Assembly: GCF_009914755.1 (NCBI RefSeq)
Contig: NC_060929.1
Direction: 5' to 3' (one strand)
Source of the DNA: the human T2T-CHM13v2.0 reference genome, Homo sapiens
Length of the DNA: 64,000 nucleotides
Under the pieces are notes generated by a model. It was not told the origin of the DNA. It saw nothing but the letters and a program-made list of their open reading frames with translations, and searched no databases. Positions 32,314 through 47,000 of the stretch are shown in pieces. Made by a program: the position numbers and the translations under genes. Numbering within the stretch: position 1 is the first letter of the stretch; each line of letters starts with the position of its first letter.

Positions 32314-32809
32314 TTGTTCTGTTTTCTAATTTATTTACTTCTGACTTTATTAATATTATTTTCTTCCTATGTTTCTTATTTTTAACTAGTTGAGAGTTTT
32401 TTCCTATTTTTGTGTTAAGTACCTAATTCTTTGTCATTCTTTTAAATTTAATAATACAAGAATTTGAGTTTATAAAATTTTTCTCTGATCACTGAATTAA
32501 CTGTATGCCTGATAAAGATATGTAAAGATTTAATAATCATTATTTCCCAGATAAGAATTCTTAGATGCTTTCCCCCTTTAACCAGAAAAGTTTTTAAATT
32601 AATTTAAAAATTTTTATTAATTAAAAACAAAGGTGTATGAGTTTTTAAAATGTGATTATTGTTTTATTTATGACCTAATATATCATCTTTTTTAAAAATG
32701 TTACAGAAGTTGACAAGTTACAAGTTGAATAACTTTATCTCTTGGGGGGGCAATATTATAAGCATATCAATTGGAACCGACTTCTAACTTACGTTATTTG
32801 TACCTTATA

Positions 32810-32875
32810 TATCCCTACTTATACATGTATCTTGCATATTCCTACTTATACATGTATCTTGTGTATCCCTACTTA
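32810..32875. repeat. 27-bp tandem repeat, about 2.4 copies
   Basis: tatccctacttatacatgtatcttgca / tattcctacttatacatgtatcttgtg / tatccctactta. Confidence 0.85.
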
Positions 32876-34058
32876 TTTATGATGTGATTAGTTGCTTTCA
32901 ATTACTTTGTGTTTTTATTACTTTATTTATGAATTATACTAGTTCAATATTCTTCTCCATTTTATGTCTCATCATATTTCCTTTTAATCTTTCTGTCATT
33001 TATTTGTTCCAGATGGCATGTTTTCTTTTTCTTTTTGCTTCCAGAAGGCATGTTTTCTTTAGTTTGTTTTATTTCACGTAGAAGCATTTGTCTCCAGTAC
33101 TAAGCTAGGCAATGACATAATTCTGGCTGTATTCTGCCTTTTGAATCCCATATTTTTGCCCTTCCTTCTCCTGCAATATCTTTGCTGGGAACCCAATCAT
33201 TTTTTAATGAGGAAAGTTTTTTCTGGTATAGCTATTTTCAACATCAGGGTGTTGAATAGGGCTTGAGTGACTGAGCTGCGCAAGAAGCTAACTTGAATAG
33301 CAGGCAGATTGTTTGTAGCCTTCAAAAATTTTAGGACAACATTGTGCCCAAGGTTACAAACTTCTTTCACTGAGGAGAGAGCTATAGAACTCACAATAAG
33401 GCTGCTTTTAATACAAAAGTGTGCATTGAGTTTGCATGTGTATACGTTTGGGCATCTTGATTGAGCCATTACTTATCCTGCTAATGGATCAAGATCAGTA
33501 GCTTTGGGGCTGCTTTTCATCACTTTCTGTTTCTTCCAGCACCTGTAGTGGTTCTTTGCTCTATGGCACTTGTGTGCTACTTTTCTCAGCCCCAGTTTCC
33601 TGATCATTCTGTCTTGTCCACCAGGGCTTAGGAAGCCTCCGAATTCTATTCCTTATATCTAAATATTATTATTCTAAGCATAGATTTGTAGGTTTGTCTT
33701 CATAGGATGTGTTTCTAAATTTGGAAAACTATTCCTTCTGTGGAAAATCTATAGAGAGCTATCCACTCAGTGCTGTCTATATCTAGTTCAATTACTAATG
33801 CATTTTCTTCCTATATTGTTTTATGGGGTTATAGGTGATTCCTACTTTCCTTAGAGATTGATTTACTGATTACATTTTGTTTCTCAATATCTTATAATTG
33901 AGATTGGCTTCAGAGGGAAGGGTGACTGAATTACAGATAACTTTACCAGTTATCTTAGACTGGAAGCCCTGAATATTCTTTTCCTAACTGGGAACTACTA
34001 CACTGAGAGTAAAAATGGAGGATTCATGTTTCCCTGACAGTGGGCATATTATTCACAT

Positions 34059-34059
<1 letters not shown>

Positions 34060-34098
<39 letters not shown>

Positions 34099-34120
34099 GT
34101 AGATAGATAGATAGACAGAT
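34060..34120. repeat. Tetranucleotide microsatellite (TAGA)9 TAGG (TAGA)4 CAGA
   Basis: Read directly from the sequence. Confidence 0.97.
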
Positions 34121-37100
34121 CATATAGTAAATTTTAAAAAGGGATGTGGCATGTTTGAGTTTGAAGACAAATCTTGGTCTAATTTGGCAACAAAATAGCA
34201 AATAGTTCAACAAGGAGAATAAACTTTTCTTCATGCAAGGAATTTCAGTACAGTTGAAAATATGGGATATATTATGTACTATACTTGAATACCTCTAAAT
34301 ATCATTAGCAACTCAGCTATTCATATATAAAATCTCTTGTGGTCAAAATTTCACAGGTACTTAGTGCTTCAAATAAATTCAATTAAGGATAAGCAAATGC
34401 CTTTAACTACATTTCCATTTCATTTAAATATATCTGATTCCTTAGACAAGTCACCTGATTTTGTTTTTACAGTGATATTATTTTTATGATTTGTGATAGC
34501 AGGTCTTGCCAGAGGTGAAAATAAATAACCATTTTTATCTGAGTATAGACAGACAATATACAAGCTTTGCCCCATTATCATGATTGAGAATTAAAGATTT
34601 AAAAGCCATGACTACGTTACAGTTTATATCCCTATGTTTCTGAACTTAATATGACCTACATAGATGGATATATATGATAACACATAATTAAGATTAACAA
34701 CATCATTACAAGAAAAGCTAATAGAAGTGCTGGCTATTTTATCTTTAGCAACTGTTTTCCAATTTTACATGAAAAAAGATCTTGCTTTGACTAAATTATT
34801 AACGTTGTGATAATCTGTCATTAGAATCAATAACTGCTTTATTATGCATAGTGCATATAGTGCTAAAATGGACCCTCTCTCAAATAAATTTAGTGCCTTG
34901 TCACAATCCAGTATGATTTTACAATATTGCTAATGTGCACAAAGCATTCAAATATAAAATATCGGCATGTCGGAGATTTATGACAAATGTGAGGAGAAGA
35001 TGAATCTAGGTTAAGCTTTCATGTCACTTGACTGAGGTCAAGAAAATCAATACTATTCATAATGTATCTTTCACCCACAGTCATAAATGAAAAACCTTCT
35101 GTACCTAGAGAGACTTCTTATTTATCTTTTAGTCTCAGTGGTGGAAATATTCTAAAATGGGTGTTAGAAGAAAAAATAAAATTAATTGGCAATAAGGAGA
35201 ATGAATCATATTTTTGGAATGTGCAGTGACTCAAGATCAGGTAACTGAATATGTTTCCCTATTTTGATCTTTGCTTTTTCTCTGCAGATGTGTCTAACAT
35301 TTGTGAATTCTAAGAATTACTATGGTGTAGGTAATAGTCACAATTCTCCACTTTAGCTCTTATGAATTTTATAACATTGTGAAATGGCCAGTAACTGCAT
35401 TTCAATTTATTTCATTAACTTACTATTTCCTATTTCTTTTGATGCAACATGGTTTTTAATCATTAGAATCAATAACTGCTTACAGTGATATTAGTCATAT
35501 ACTGACCACAATATATGTGGTTGATTTCTCTAATCCTTTTCATCTCTAACAATTAATTGTAGACCCAATGTTGGTATCCTATTTCCCTTGCTAGTGAGTG
35601 GTTTAGGCATGAACAAGTCACCAGTGCTGACCAATGATATTCAATGGGAATACTTTAAGGGGCTTCTGGAAAAGGACCCTTCCTTCTTAAAAATAAAACT
35701 CAGAAGAAATGACATCATTTTATTCAGTGATTTAGGAACTGCTGCGGTCATCTATGCAGGCTTGAGGGAAGTCAGCCTAGTTGAGATGCAGAGCTGAGAA
35801 ATGAAAAATCTGATTCCTTCAAAAAATTGTCTTCACAGAAGCCTGGAGATTACCTTACCTTTGAATAACTTTTATTTAAGATAAATACCCTTATTTCAAG
35901 CCAGCTTAAAATGCAGTTCTATGTTGCAGCCAAAAATTATCCTAACTGATGCTATCCATCATCAGTAGAAATTAATTGAAGATCAATCATTTTTCATATT
36001 TTCATATTCTTCTTTGATGTGAAGAGACCACAGTATGCAACTGCCTTATCAGTAAAGATTAAAATGGCTAATGAGCCTGATCACAAATAACTGAATCTAT
36101 TTTAGCTCAGATGAATGACAGTAGTCCTGATGTATGGATTCTACCTATAGTTAACTGTTTCTATTAAGCCTGTTTTTAATCTCTGAAAGGTTTGCACATA
36201 TTGAGATAATTTTAAATAATTATTTCTATGAATTGATTTGTTCTTGGCAATAATAGTTCTATTTAAGTATGTGCTTTTAACAAAAATTTACTAAGTGCAG
36301 AGTGTGTGAGAAAGGTGGATACATAAAATTGTGGCAAGTACAGTGAGAGAGATTTTGCGCAAAATATTCTGGAAACATGAAATACATACTACCTAATCTG
36401 CCCTGGAGGAATTGGAAATACCAGAGAAGGTTTTCTGGAAGAAGCGATGACTGAGCTGAATGTTGAACAATTATTAGAGCTAGCCAAATACAATAAAAAG
36501 GTAATGTAAGGATATACTCAAAAGGAACAATAAAAATAGCAAGGCATATATGTTAGAATTGAGTCCAGGGAGTGGGACAAGAAGTGACAATAGAAGAGCC
36601 TGAAGGTAACAGCACAATATAATAGTGGCTAAGAACAAGGACTTTGGTGTCACAGGGTTCTGAAGGGTTCTGAATTTCAACCACTCATTGAATTAATAAT
36701 TACCAAGTTCCAATTATGTCTCTGGCTCTGTGTAGACATTAGTGATATGACAGCAATCTTTGTTTTCATGTTGCATACATTCTAGAGGACAAGAGTGACA
36801 AAAAAAGTAAAACAGATGTGTAAAAAAGTAAGTTGTAATGTGAGTTATGAAGAAAAGAAAGGGCTGTGATATAAATGTACCATAAATACCTATTTTAGAT
36901 AGGGTGGTGAGCGTGGACCTCTCTGAGAAAGTGACAGGCTGAATGTAATTGTTGACAAGGACCCAGCTTTGAAAGGTGTGAGGAAAAAAGCTTTGCAGCC
37001 TCCTCCCCCAAAGAATACCCACCCAGTCATAACCACTTGTCTCATCACAAAACTATTAAATAAAATCATATTCTAATTATTTATAATTGTTTTCTTGCTG

Positions 37101-37960
37101 TTTAAAATAACTGTATCACCCAATATGCACTCCTAAACACTATAGTTTAATTTTGTCCATTTCTTCTTAATTATGTAACTTTGAACTTTCCTTTAATGTG
37201 TAGTCTCACTCTGAATTCATTGGTTTTTTTCTTACAATTTAGCTATTGGAGAATCTTGGCCATTAAAGTTATCCACCAAATGAGAAAAAGAAATAATCTT
37301 CATCTGTCTCCTTTAAGATAACTCTTTGTACATACCACTCATTTGCTTTTATGTCCTTTTAGAACATTTTAAAATAATATATTTAGAGGGTCTAATCCTA
37401 ATTTCCATAAGGAGAGACCTCCTCTCAGCACACTCCATTTTTAGGGGTGAAATGACTTATTCATTCATTCATTGGTGAATTGGGGGATAAAAACCTGGCA
37501 TGGTGGGCTAAGCTTCCCTCTTTTCTCTTGACAATAATTTGTCAGAGCATGTGTATATTTTTGCTTTTTCTGGCAATGGGCTGTGGGTGTGGAGTGGGGG
37601 TGCCCGGGGTGCGTACCCCATTTTGCACAGCTGATCAATTCTGATGGGCAGTGCTCTTAATCCTAGGTGACTAACTTGAAGCCACCTCCTCTATTTGAGC
37701 CTCTCCCCTTGATATAAGTATTTTGACTTAGTGTGGTGATCTTTTGCGTCATTCATTTTTTGAATTGTTCAAAGTCTAGAGGTATATAGTGTTACTCTGA
37801 GAGCCCAACAAATATGTGTTCACTTTATTTCATGGTTCACTTTATAAACATTGTTTAATAAGCACATTGCTCACAAATTTACTTGAAATACAGACTTTGT
37901 AATTTGAGTCATTCAATATTTAAAATATATTGGGGTAGTATATTATTTTTTAAAGTAATC

Positions 37961-38399
<439 letters not shown>

Positions 38400-39218
38400 T
38401 TATGAATACAAACTCAGATATTGAGAAATGAACTTTAAATGATGACATTGAATTCAGGAAACCAGCGTTGAATATGCGGTTTGAGTAAGAATTCCACAGG
38501 ATGATGGAAATTTGAACTATAGAAACACTATGTGGATAGGATACACCATTTGGATCAGGTATCTCCAGTACCCTACCCTTCTAATTATGTGAAGAACTCC
38601 TCTATGAGGTAGCTATCACAGTTCAATGTTGCATTGTAGTAAATGGAAACATGTGGTCATTGTTATTTCTATTGTGTTTCCAATGTTACAGTCATACAAT
38701 GAGACTTTAATCAAAATGTTTCATGCATACCAAAATGTGCTGAACTTTAACCAGAAAAATCTCTATAAATCTTATCAAATGAATTGTATATTTAGCTTCA
38801 TAAAAGGCTATTTCCTGCATTTTTCTTTTCTTATAGAGTTTTTAGAAATTTATGTGGAGTTGTATTTCTACAAACTCTTGTATTTAATTATATGAAAATA
38901 AAAAGATAAAAGTTTTTTAAACTGAAGATTATATATAATCTATCATGTCACCCCTTATATAACTGTGATAAAGATTGTAACTCATAAATTTACAGGTAAG
39001 AAAAATTATTTTTGTTTTAACTGCATTTATTGAAAAATCTATGTTTCATAGTTACAATGTAGTCCTCTTGCTGACAATTACAATTTAGAAAGTTCAAGTC
39101 TAACTCCATAGATCATTACTTCTGCCAAAAGTGCTTTGGTAAATCTTTGTTCTTTTGACCTGAATATCTACAGTTAATCTTTGGAAGTCTTTAGCAGCCT
39201 TATAGGTTAAAAGCATAA

Positions 39219-39571
<353 letters not shown>

Positions 39572-40069
39572 CAAACTTGTGTTTTCAGTGAAAAAAGGGG
39601 GCCTTCTCTTTGTCAGTATCATAGTTAACATCTCAATAATTAGAGAGGTAATAGTATAAATGGTATATCTTAGTCTGCGACAAAAAGTCCCTATGGATTT
39701 CTTCTTTGTGGTTATTACTAGACAGAATGAGAAACAGGCAAATGTAAACGTATTTGTGATTGTTCAGTGAAAAGAGCATTAGAAAGGTGAGTTTAAGAAG
39801 CTGTATTCATTGCAATTCTATTTTTAGATAATATGTCAATACCTAACAGAAATATTATCATGTCAACCAGCTTTAAAACTGTCCCTAGATTAGACAAAAC
39901 AAATAGTTTGCGTGGCAACTAGATTGCCAAGTGTAATTGATTTGGATTCTTAGGCTGCTGGGGGTAATTTTTTAGCCAGTTGAATTAGATGCATTTTTAC
40001 CTCAGTGCAAAAATAGAAACTGATTAATTCTTTTGAAATATCATCTGGAAAACAATAAAGATAAAAGGT

Positions 40070-40206
40070 AAATACATACGTATATATTCATATATATAAT
40101 ACATATATGTATGTATAATATATTATATGTAATATATAATATATTATACACATATAATACATATACATATAATACATATATGTATAATAAATGCATACAT
40201 ATATAT
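40070..40206. repeat. Degenerate (TA)n / AT-rich low-complexity tract
   Basis: tatatattcatatatataatacatatatgtatgtataatata... Confidence 0.85.
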
Positions 40207-40662
40207 GAGATTGGATTTCGAAAGAAATAATTATGGATATTGTTTTTATGTATTTCTGATGTCAACATGATGTTGCATGTCAATCTTTTCCTTCCACTAA
40301 TAAGAATAAATTTTTCAATAAACAAATTCATGATTATACTGATATTGTAAATAATCCTCTCTCAATAACTGGGGAACAAGTAAACAGAAAATCAGTAAAA
40401 GTAGAGAAGGCACACAATTAATCAACTTGACCTCATTGACATTTACAATAAACTCTATCCAATGACAACAGAATACACATTCTATTCAAATGCAGCATAA
40501 CATTTACCAGGATAGATAATACTGTGGAACTGAAAGCAAGTCCTAATAAATTTAAAAGGAATAAAGTAATACAATCTATGTTCTTTAACTTCAATGGAAT
40601 TAAATTAAAAATCAATAGCATAAAGATCTCTGGAAAATTCCCAAGTATTTGAAAATAAATTA

Positions 40663-41346
40663 TAGGTTGAGCATCCCTAATTTGAAAATTCAATATCTGA
40701 ATTGCTCAAAAATCTGAAATTTTTTTAATGCCAATGTGACACCACAAGTAGGAAATTTCACACCTGACCTCATGTGACAAGTCACTGTCAACAGTTTGTT
40801 TCATGCACAAAGTTATTGAAAATACTGTATAAAATTACACTCAGGTTGTGTGTATAAGGTATATATGAAACATAAATTAATTTTGAGTTTAGACTTGGGT
40901 CCTATTCCTAAGATACCTCATTATGTATAAGCAAATACAGTCATGTGCTGCCCAATGGTATGTTGGTCAATGATGGATCACATATACAACAATGGACGGA
41001 TGAAACTACAATATTGTATTTTTACTGTACCTTAGCTATGGATACACAAATCCCACTGTGTTGCAATTGCCTACAGTACTCAGTATAGTAACATGACATA
41101 TAGGTTTGTAGCCTAGGAACAATAGGCTATACCATATAGCCTAGGTATGTAGTAGGCTATGCCGTCTCAGTTTGTGTAAGTACATTCTGCGATTTTTGCA
41201 CAACAATGAAATCACACTTAATGACTCATTCCTCAGACTGTATCTTCATCATTGAGCAACTCATGACTATATTCCAAAATTTTAAAAAATCTGAAATCTG
41301 AAACACTTCTGGCCTCAAGCATTTTTGGATAAGAAATACTCAACTG
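40663..41346 (+). mobile_element. Tigger4/MER46 DNA transposon (interrupted)
   Basis: TA|taggttgagcatccctaatttgaaaatt...ggataagaaatactcaactg|TA; TIRs and TA TSD present. Confidence 0.85.
40938..41269 (+). mobile_element. Tigger3a/MER7A DNA transposon nested in Tigger4
   Basis: TA|cagtcatgtgctg...ctcatgacta|TA; homologous to the ends of 6809-7651. Confidence 0.85.
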
Positions 41347-41494
41347 TAACACATTCATTAATAATTCAAGGGTAAAAGAAGAAATCAAAACATAAATTAA
41401 AAATTTTTTGGAACTGCATTAATATAAATGAATAATATAAATTAATATAAATAAATAACAAATGAATATAAATGAATAAAAACAGAAAATGTCG

Positions 41495-41790
<296 letters not shown>

Positions 41791-44017
41791 GTCAAAATTT
41801 GTAGGATGCTACTTTTTTTCTAAGGGAGGAGTTTAAGCTGTATAGTTCATCGTGAAGCAGCAGTTAGGGGGAAATTTACAGCCCTAAATGTTCATGTTAC
41901 CAAAAACACTTTTCACATCAATAACCCCAATTTTCATCTTAAGAAACAAAAAGACTAAATTAATCCCAACATAAGCAGAATAAAGAAAATTATAAAGATT
42001 AGGGTAGGAATCAATGAAATAGAAAACAGCAAACAATAACGTCAAACCAGAAGCTGGTTAATTGAGAAAATCAACACAATTGATAAATTACTTGCCAGAT
42101 TGGTCAAGGGGCAGGAAAAAGGAGAGAAGACACTACTTACCAATATCCAGAAAGAGAGACATGATATATCCTGTAACTATTTAAAAACTATTAATTATTT
42201 AATTTAAGTTTTCTTACTTTTCTTTCTATTCTCCAAGCCTCTATATCTGTTCTCATATTTTATCTCCTTTGAGCTGTTTGCAAATTATTTTTCATTTCTG
42301 ACATTTTAATTTTCATGTTAAAAATCTAATTTCAATGAACTCAGATTTTTTTTTCATTGTCTTTCCATTTTTCTCCTTGAGTTCTTGTTTCTGTGCATTG
42401 ATCGTTTGTTTCATATAGAAAAATGTCTGTTTTTCTGTCTCCTCTGCACTTCCTCATTTATAGTTTGCTTCCTGCAAATATAGCTTCGAGGGTGCTTCTT
42501 CCTTCAGAACCTCTCCTCTGCTTCTCAAGATTGTGTGACCAATCTAGTTGAAAAAAAAGTTCCACCGTCACCATCAGCCTACAAAAACATTTCCACTGAT
42601 TTAAATAAATGAAGGTTGTTTTTGCACCATAAAGGGCCAATTACTTTCAACACTTCAGCTTGTGGCTTTGTCTAAATTCTACAGCCGGGGGCATCCTACT
42701 TCAACATGACCGCTAACCTGTATTTGACTTTCATTGTATTTAGTAATTTTTTCTCATATCTTATGATTTGAGGTTACTTGGATCTTATAACTTTACTGAA
42801 AATGGAGTTCAGTTTTGTTTTTCCTTCTCCTTGTTACTTTTGGGTAATTTTCAAGAAAACTACTATTTCAAAATTGGATATTTATTATATTTTAAATTAT
42901 GATAAAAAAACTTTATAGAGCACACCAATCTTATTAGAAAGGCATAGTTTGTTTATTTTGAAAGAATTAATCTGGTTTAATCACTAAGAATTTAGAGATA
43001 TAAAAACCTTAAAAGCTAATTGGCATTTCAAAAAATTTTTGGTGACACATTGATATATCACATTAGTAAATACAATTAATATAAATAGTTCTGAGAGATA
43101 ATTTTATTGTCATATCATTTATTTCAAATGTAATATTAAAGTGACATATTTACCATCCCATCAGAAAATCAACATATGGAAAAATACCTACAATACTGAA
43201 TCTATTTTATTGTAAAATTAGACTGTCTTGACTCTAAACACAATCTAAAGAGAAGAAAAATAAAAAGAGTACTAATTAGAGAAATGTGAAATCTCACACA
43301 TCAAGCTGCAGTCTAGAAAACAAATAAATATTTTATAACTAAAATATTTACCAGTTATAAGTTTGTTTTGCCATTCCCTGCTTGGGAATATTGGGGTAAA
43401 TCCATGGGTTTCTGGCTTGGTGAAAGAAAGCAGAGAATGAATATCAGCCTTTAGAATTTTCTTTTATTTTTTCACTTCCATCTCAGCTAAAATCATCAAA
43501 CCAAGCACATACACCTGTGAGCTCCAGGAAATCCATTATCACACTTCTTTTAATCATTTTAATGCACTGTCAGTCTTTTCTGTTTCAGTTCTAATTCAAA
43601 AAGTGCTTTAAACTTCAAGTAGTTTCCAAGATTATTTTTGAAATAAAGGAAATCTTTTTTTCATAAAATGTCAAAAGTTTTGTGGTGAAGAATAAGTTTC
43701 TAAAGTTGTACAAATATAATTTAGGAATATTAGAAAGTCATGTCAATGTACAATTATTATAATATAGCCCCTCTGGCAGCATGCTCAAGCAGACTTTCTG
43801 TATAAATCCTTAAGACTAATTTTTAAAATATTTTAGTTTTGAATAAATAATGCAGGCACAAGACACAAAATTCAAAAGAAAAAAAAGAGAACTAGTTCAA
43901 CTCAGCCTCCCAGCCATTTTGGTTTCCTACTAGAAGACAACTCGCCATCTCCAAAGTCTCACAGAGCTTCCAGAGGTGAGCTATGTGTAGAAACCACACA
44001 CACACTGGCATGCACAT

Positions 44018-44020
<3 letters not shown>

Positions 44021-44060
<40 letters not shown>
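44021..44060. repeat. (CA)20 microsatellite
   Basis: Read directly from the sequence. Confidence 0.97.
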
Positions 44061-44062
<2 letters not shown>

Positions 44063-44089
44063 CACACACTTCTATTTAAAGACAGCAGT

Positions 44090-47000
44090 ATTATTTTGGC
44101 TATATACCCATACCCAGTAAAGAGATTGCTGGGTTGAATGGTAGTTCTAAGTTCTTTGAAAAATATCCAAACTGCTTTCCACAATGACTGAACTAATTTA
44201 CACTCCAACCAACAGTCTGTAAGCATTTCTCTGCAGCCTCACCAACATCTGTTTTTTTGTTTTGTTTCATTTTTTGTATGTTTTTTTATTTTTATTAATA
44301 GCCATTCTGACTGGTTTTAACTTTTCTCTGATAATTAGTAATGATTAGCATTTATTTGTATGTTTGTTGGCTACTTGTATGTCTTCTTTTGAGAAGTATC
44401 TGTTCATGTATTTTGCCCAATTTTTATGGGGTTATTTGCTTTTTGTTTGTTCTGTTACTTAATTCCTTACAGATTTTGGTTATTAGACCTTTGTCAGGTG
44501 CAGAATTTGTGAATATTTTCTTCTCTTGTGAAGATGGTCTGCATTCTCTGTTGATAGTTCTTTTTGCTGTATAGAAGTCCTTTAGTTTAATTAGGTCTCA
44601 CTTGTCGGTTTTTGGTTTTCTTGCAATTGCCAAAAATTTTTTGCCAAGGCCAATGATTTCCAAGGTTTTCTTCTGGCATTTTTATAGTTTGAGGTCTTAC
44701 ATTCAAATTTTTAATCAATTTTGAATTAATGTCTGTATAGATAAAAGGTAGGTGTCGAGTTTTATTCTTCTGCATACGGTTAACCAGCTATTCCAGCACT
44801 CTTTATTGAATAGGGAGTCCTTTCCCTGTTGCTTATTTTGTCAATTTTGTTAGAGATTAAATGGTTGTAGGTGTCAGCTTTATTTTTTGGCTGTTATATT
44901 CCATTGTTCTATGTGTCTGTTTTTGTACCAGTACCAAGCTGTTTTGATTATTGTAGCCTCATAGTATAGTTTGAAGTCAGGTAACGTAATGCTTATGGCT
45001 TTATTCTTTTTGCTCAGAATTGCCTTGGATATTTGGGCTCTTTTTTGGTTCTATATGACTATTAGTATAGTTTTTTTTTCAAATTCTGGGGAAAATATCA
45101 TTAGTAGTTTGATAGGAATAGCGTTAAATCTGTAGATTGCTTCGGACATGATATGGTTTGACTGTGTCCCCACCCAAATCTCATCTTATATTCCCACATG
45201 TTGTGGGAGGGACCTGGTGGGAGGTAATTGACTCATGGGGTCAAGTCTTTCCCATGCTGTGCTCATGATAGTGAGTAAGTCTCGTGAGATCTGATGTTTT
45301 TAAAAAGAGGAGTTCTGCACAGGTCTCTTTATCTTTGCCTGCTGCCATTCATGTAAGATGTGGCTTGCTCCTCCTCACCTTCCACCATGATTGTGAGGCT
45401 TCCCCAGCCACGTGGAACTGTAAGTCCAATTAAATCTCTTTCTTTTGTAAATTGCCCAGTCTCATGTATGTCTTTATCAGCAGTGCAAATATCGAATCAT
45501 ACAGTAAATTGGTACCAGTAGAGTTGGGCACTGTTGAAAAGATACCTGAAAATGTGGAAGTGACTTTGGAAATGGAAAACAGACAGAGATCGGAACAGTT
45601 TGGAGGGCTCAGAAGCAGACAGGAAAATGTGGGAAAGTTTGGAACTTCCTAGAGATTTGTTGAATGGCTTTGACAAAATGCTGATAGTAATATGAACAAT
45701 AAGTTCCAGATTGAGGTGGTCTCAGATGGAGATGAGAAACTTGTTGGGAACTGGAGTAAAGGTGACTCTTGTTATGTTTCAGCAAAGAGGCTGGAGGCAT
45801 TTTGCCCCTGCCCTAGAGATTTGTGGAACTTTAAACTTGAGAGAGATGATTTTGGGTATCTGGCAGGAGCTATTTCTAGGCAGCAAAGCATTCAAGAGGT
45901 GACTTGGGTGCTGTTAAAAGCATTCCGTTTTATAAGAGAAGCAGAGCATTAAAATTTGGGAAATGTGCAGACTGACAATGCGATAGAAAAGAAAATTCCA
46001 TTTTCTGAGGAGAAATACAAGCTGGCTGCAGAAATTTGCACAAGTAACTAGGAGCCAAAGGTTACTCCACAAGACAATGGGGAAAATGTCTCCAGAGTAT
46101 GTCAGAGGTCTTCACGGCAGCCCCTCCCATCACAGGCCCAGAGGCCTAGGAAAAAAGTGGTTTCATGGGCCAGGCCCAGGGTCCCTGTGCTGTGTGCAGT
46201 CTAGGGACTTGGTGCCCTGTGTCCCAACTGCTCTAGCCATGGCTGAAAGGGGCCAATGTAGAGTTCAGGCTGTGGCATCAGAGGGTGCAAGCCTCAAGCC
46301 TTGGCAGCTTCCACATGGTATTGAGCCTGCCAGTGCAGAGAAGTCAAGAACTGGGTTTTATGAACCTCCACCTAGATTCCAGAGGATGTATGGAAATGGC
46401 TGAATGTCCAGGCAAATGTTGGCTGCAGGGACAGAGCTCTTATGGAGAACTTCTGCCAGGGCAGTGCAGAAGGGAATTGCGGGGTCAGAGACTCCACACA
46501 GAATCCCTACTGAGCCCCACCTAGCTGAGCTGTGAGAAGAGGGCCACCATCCTCCAGACCCCAGAATGGTAGGTCCACTGACAGCTTGCATTGTGCACCT
46601 GGAAAACTGCAGACACTCAACACCAGCCCATGAAGGCAGCCGGCAGGGAAGCTGTACCCTGCAAAGCCACAGGAGCAGAGTTGCCCAAGACTATGGGAAC
46701 CTACCTCTTACATCAGTGTGACCTGGATGTGAGACATGGAGTCAAAGGAGATCATTTTAGAGCTTTGAGATTTGACCACCCTGCTGGATTTTGGACTTGC
46801 ATGGTGCCTGTAGTCTCTTTGTTTTGGCCAATTTCTCCCATTTGGGATGGCTGTATTTACCCTACGTCTGTACCCCCACTGTATCTAGGAAGTAACTCAC
46901 CTGCTTTTGATTTTACAGGCTCATAAGTCGAAAGGATTTGCCTTATCTTGGATAAGACTTTGGACTGTGGACTTCTGAGTTAATGCTGAAATGAGTTAAG

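Noticed and set aside
33050-33600. 90-aa minus-strand ORF (33197-33469) followed by AATAAA and an A-rich stretch, suggesting a processed pseudogene
   Set aside because: No recognisable protein in the frames I translated and no TSD. The context looks like the decayed 5' part of an old L1M/HAL1 element ending near 33970.
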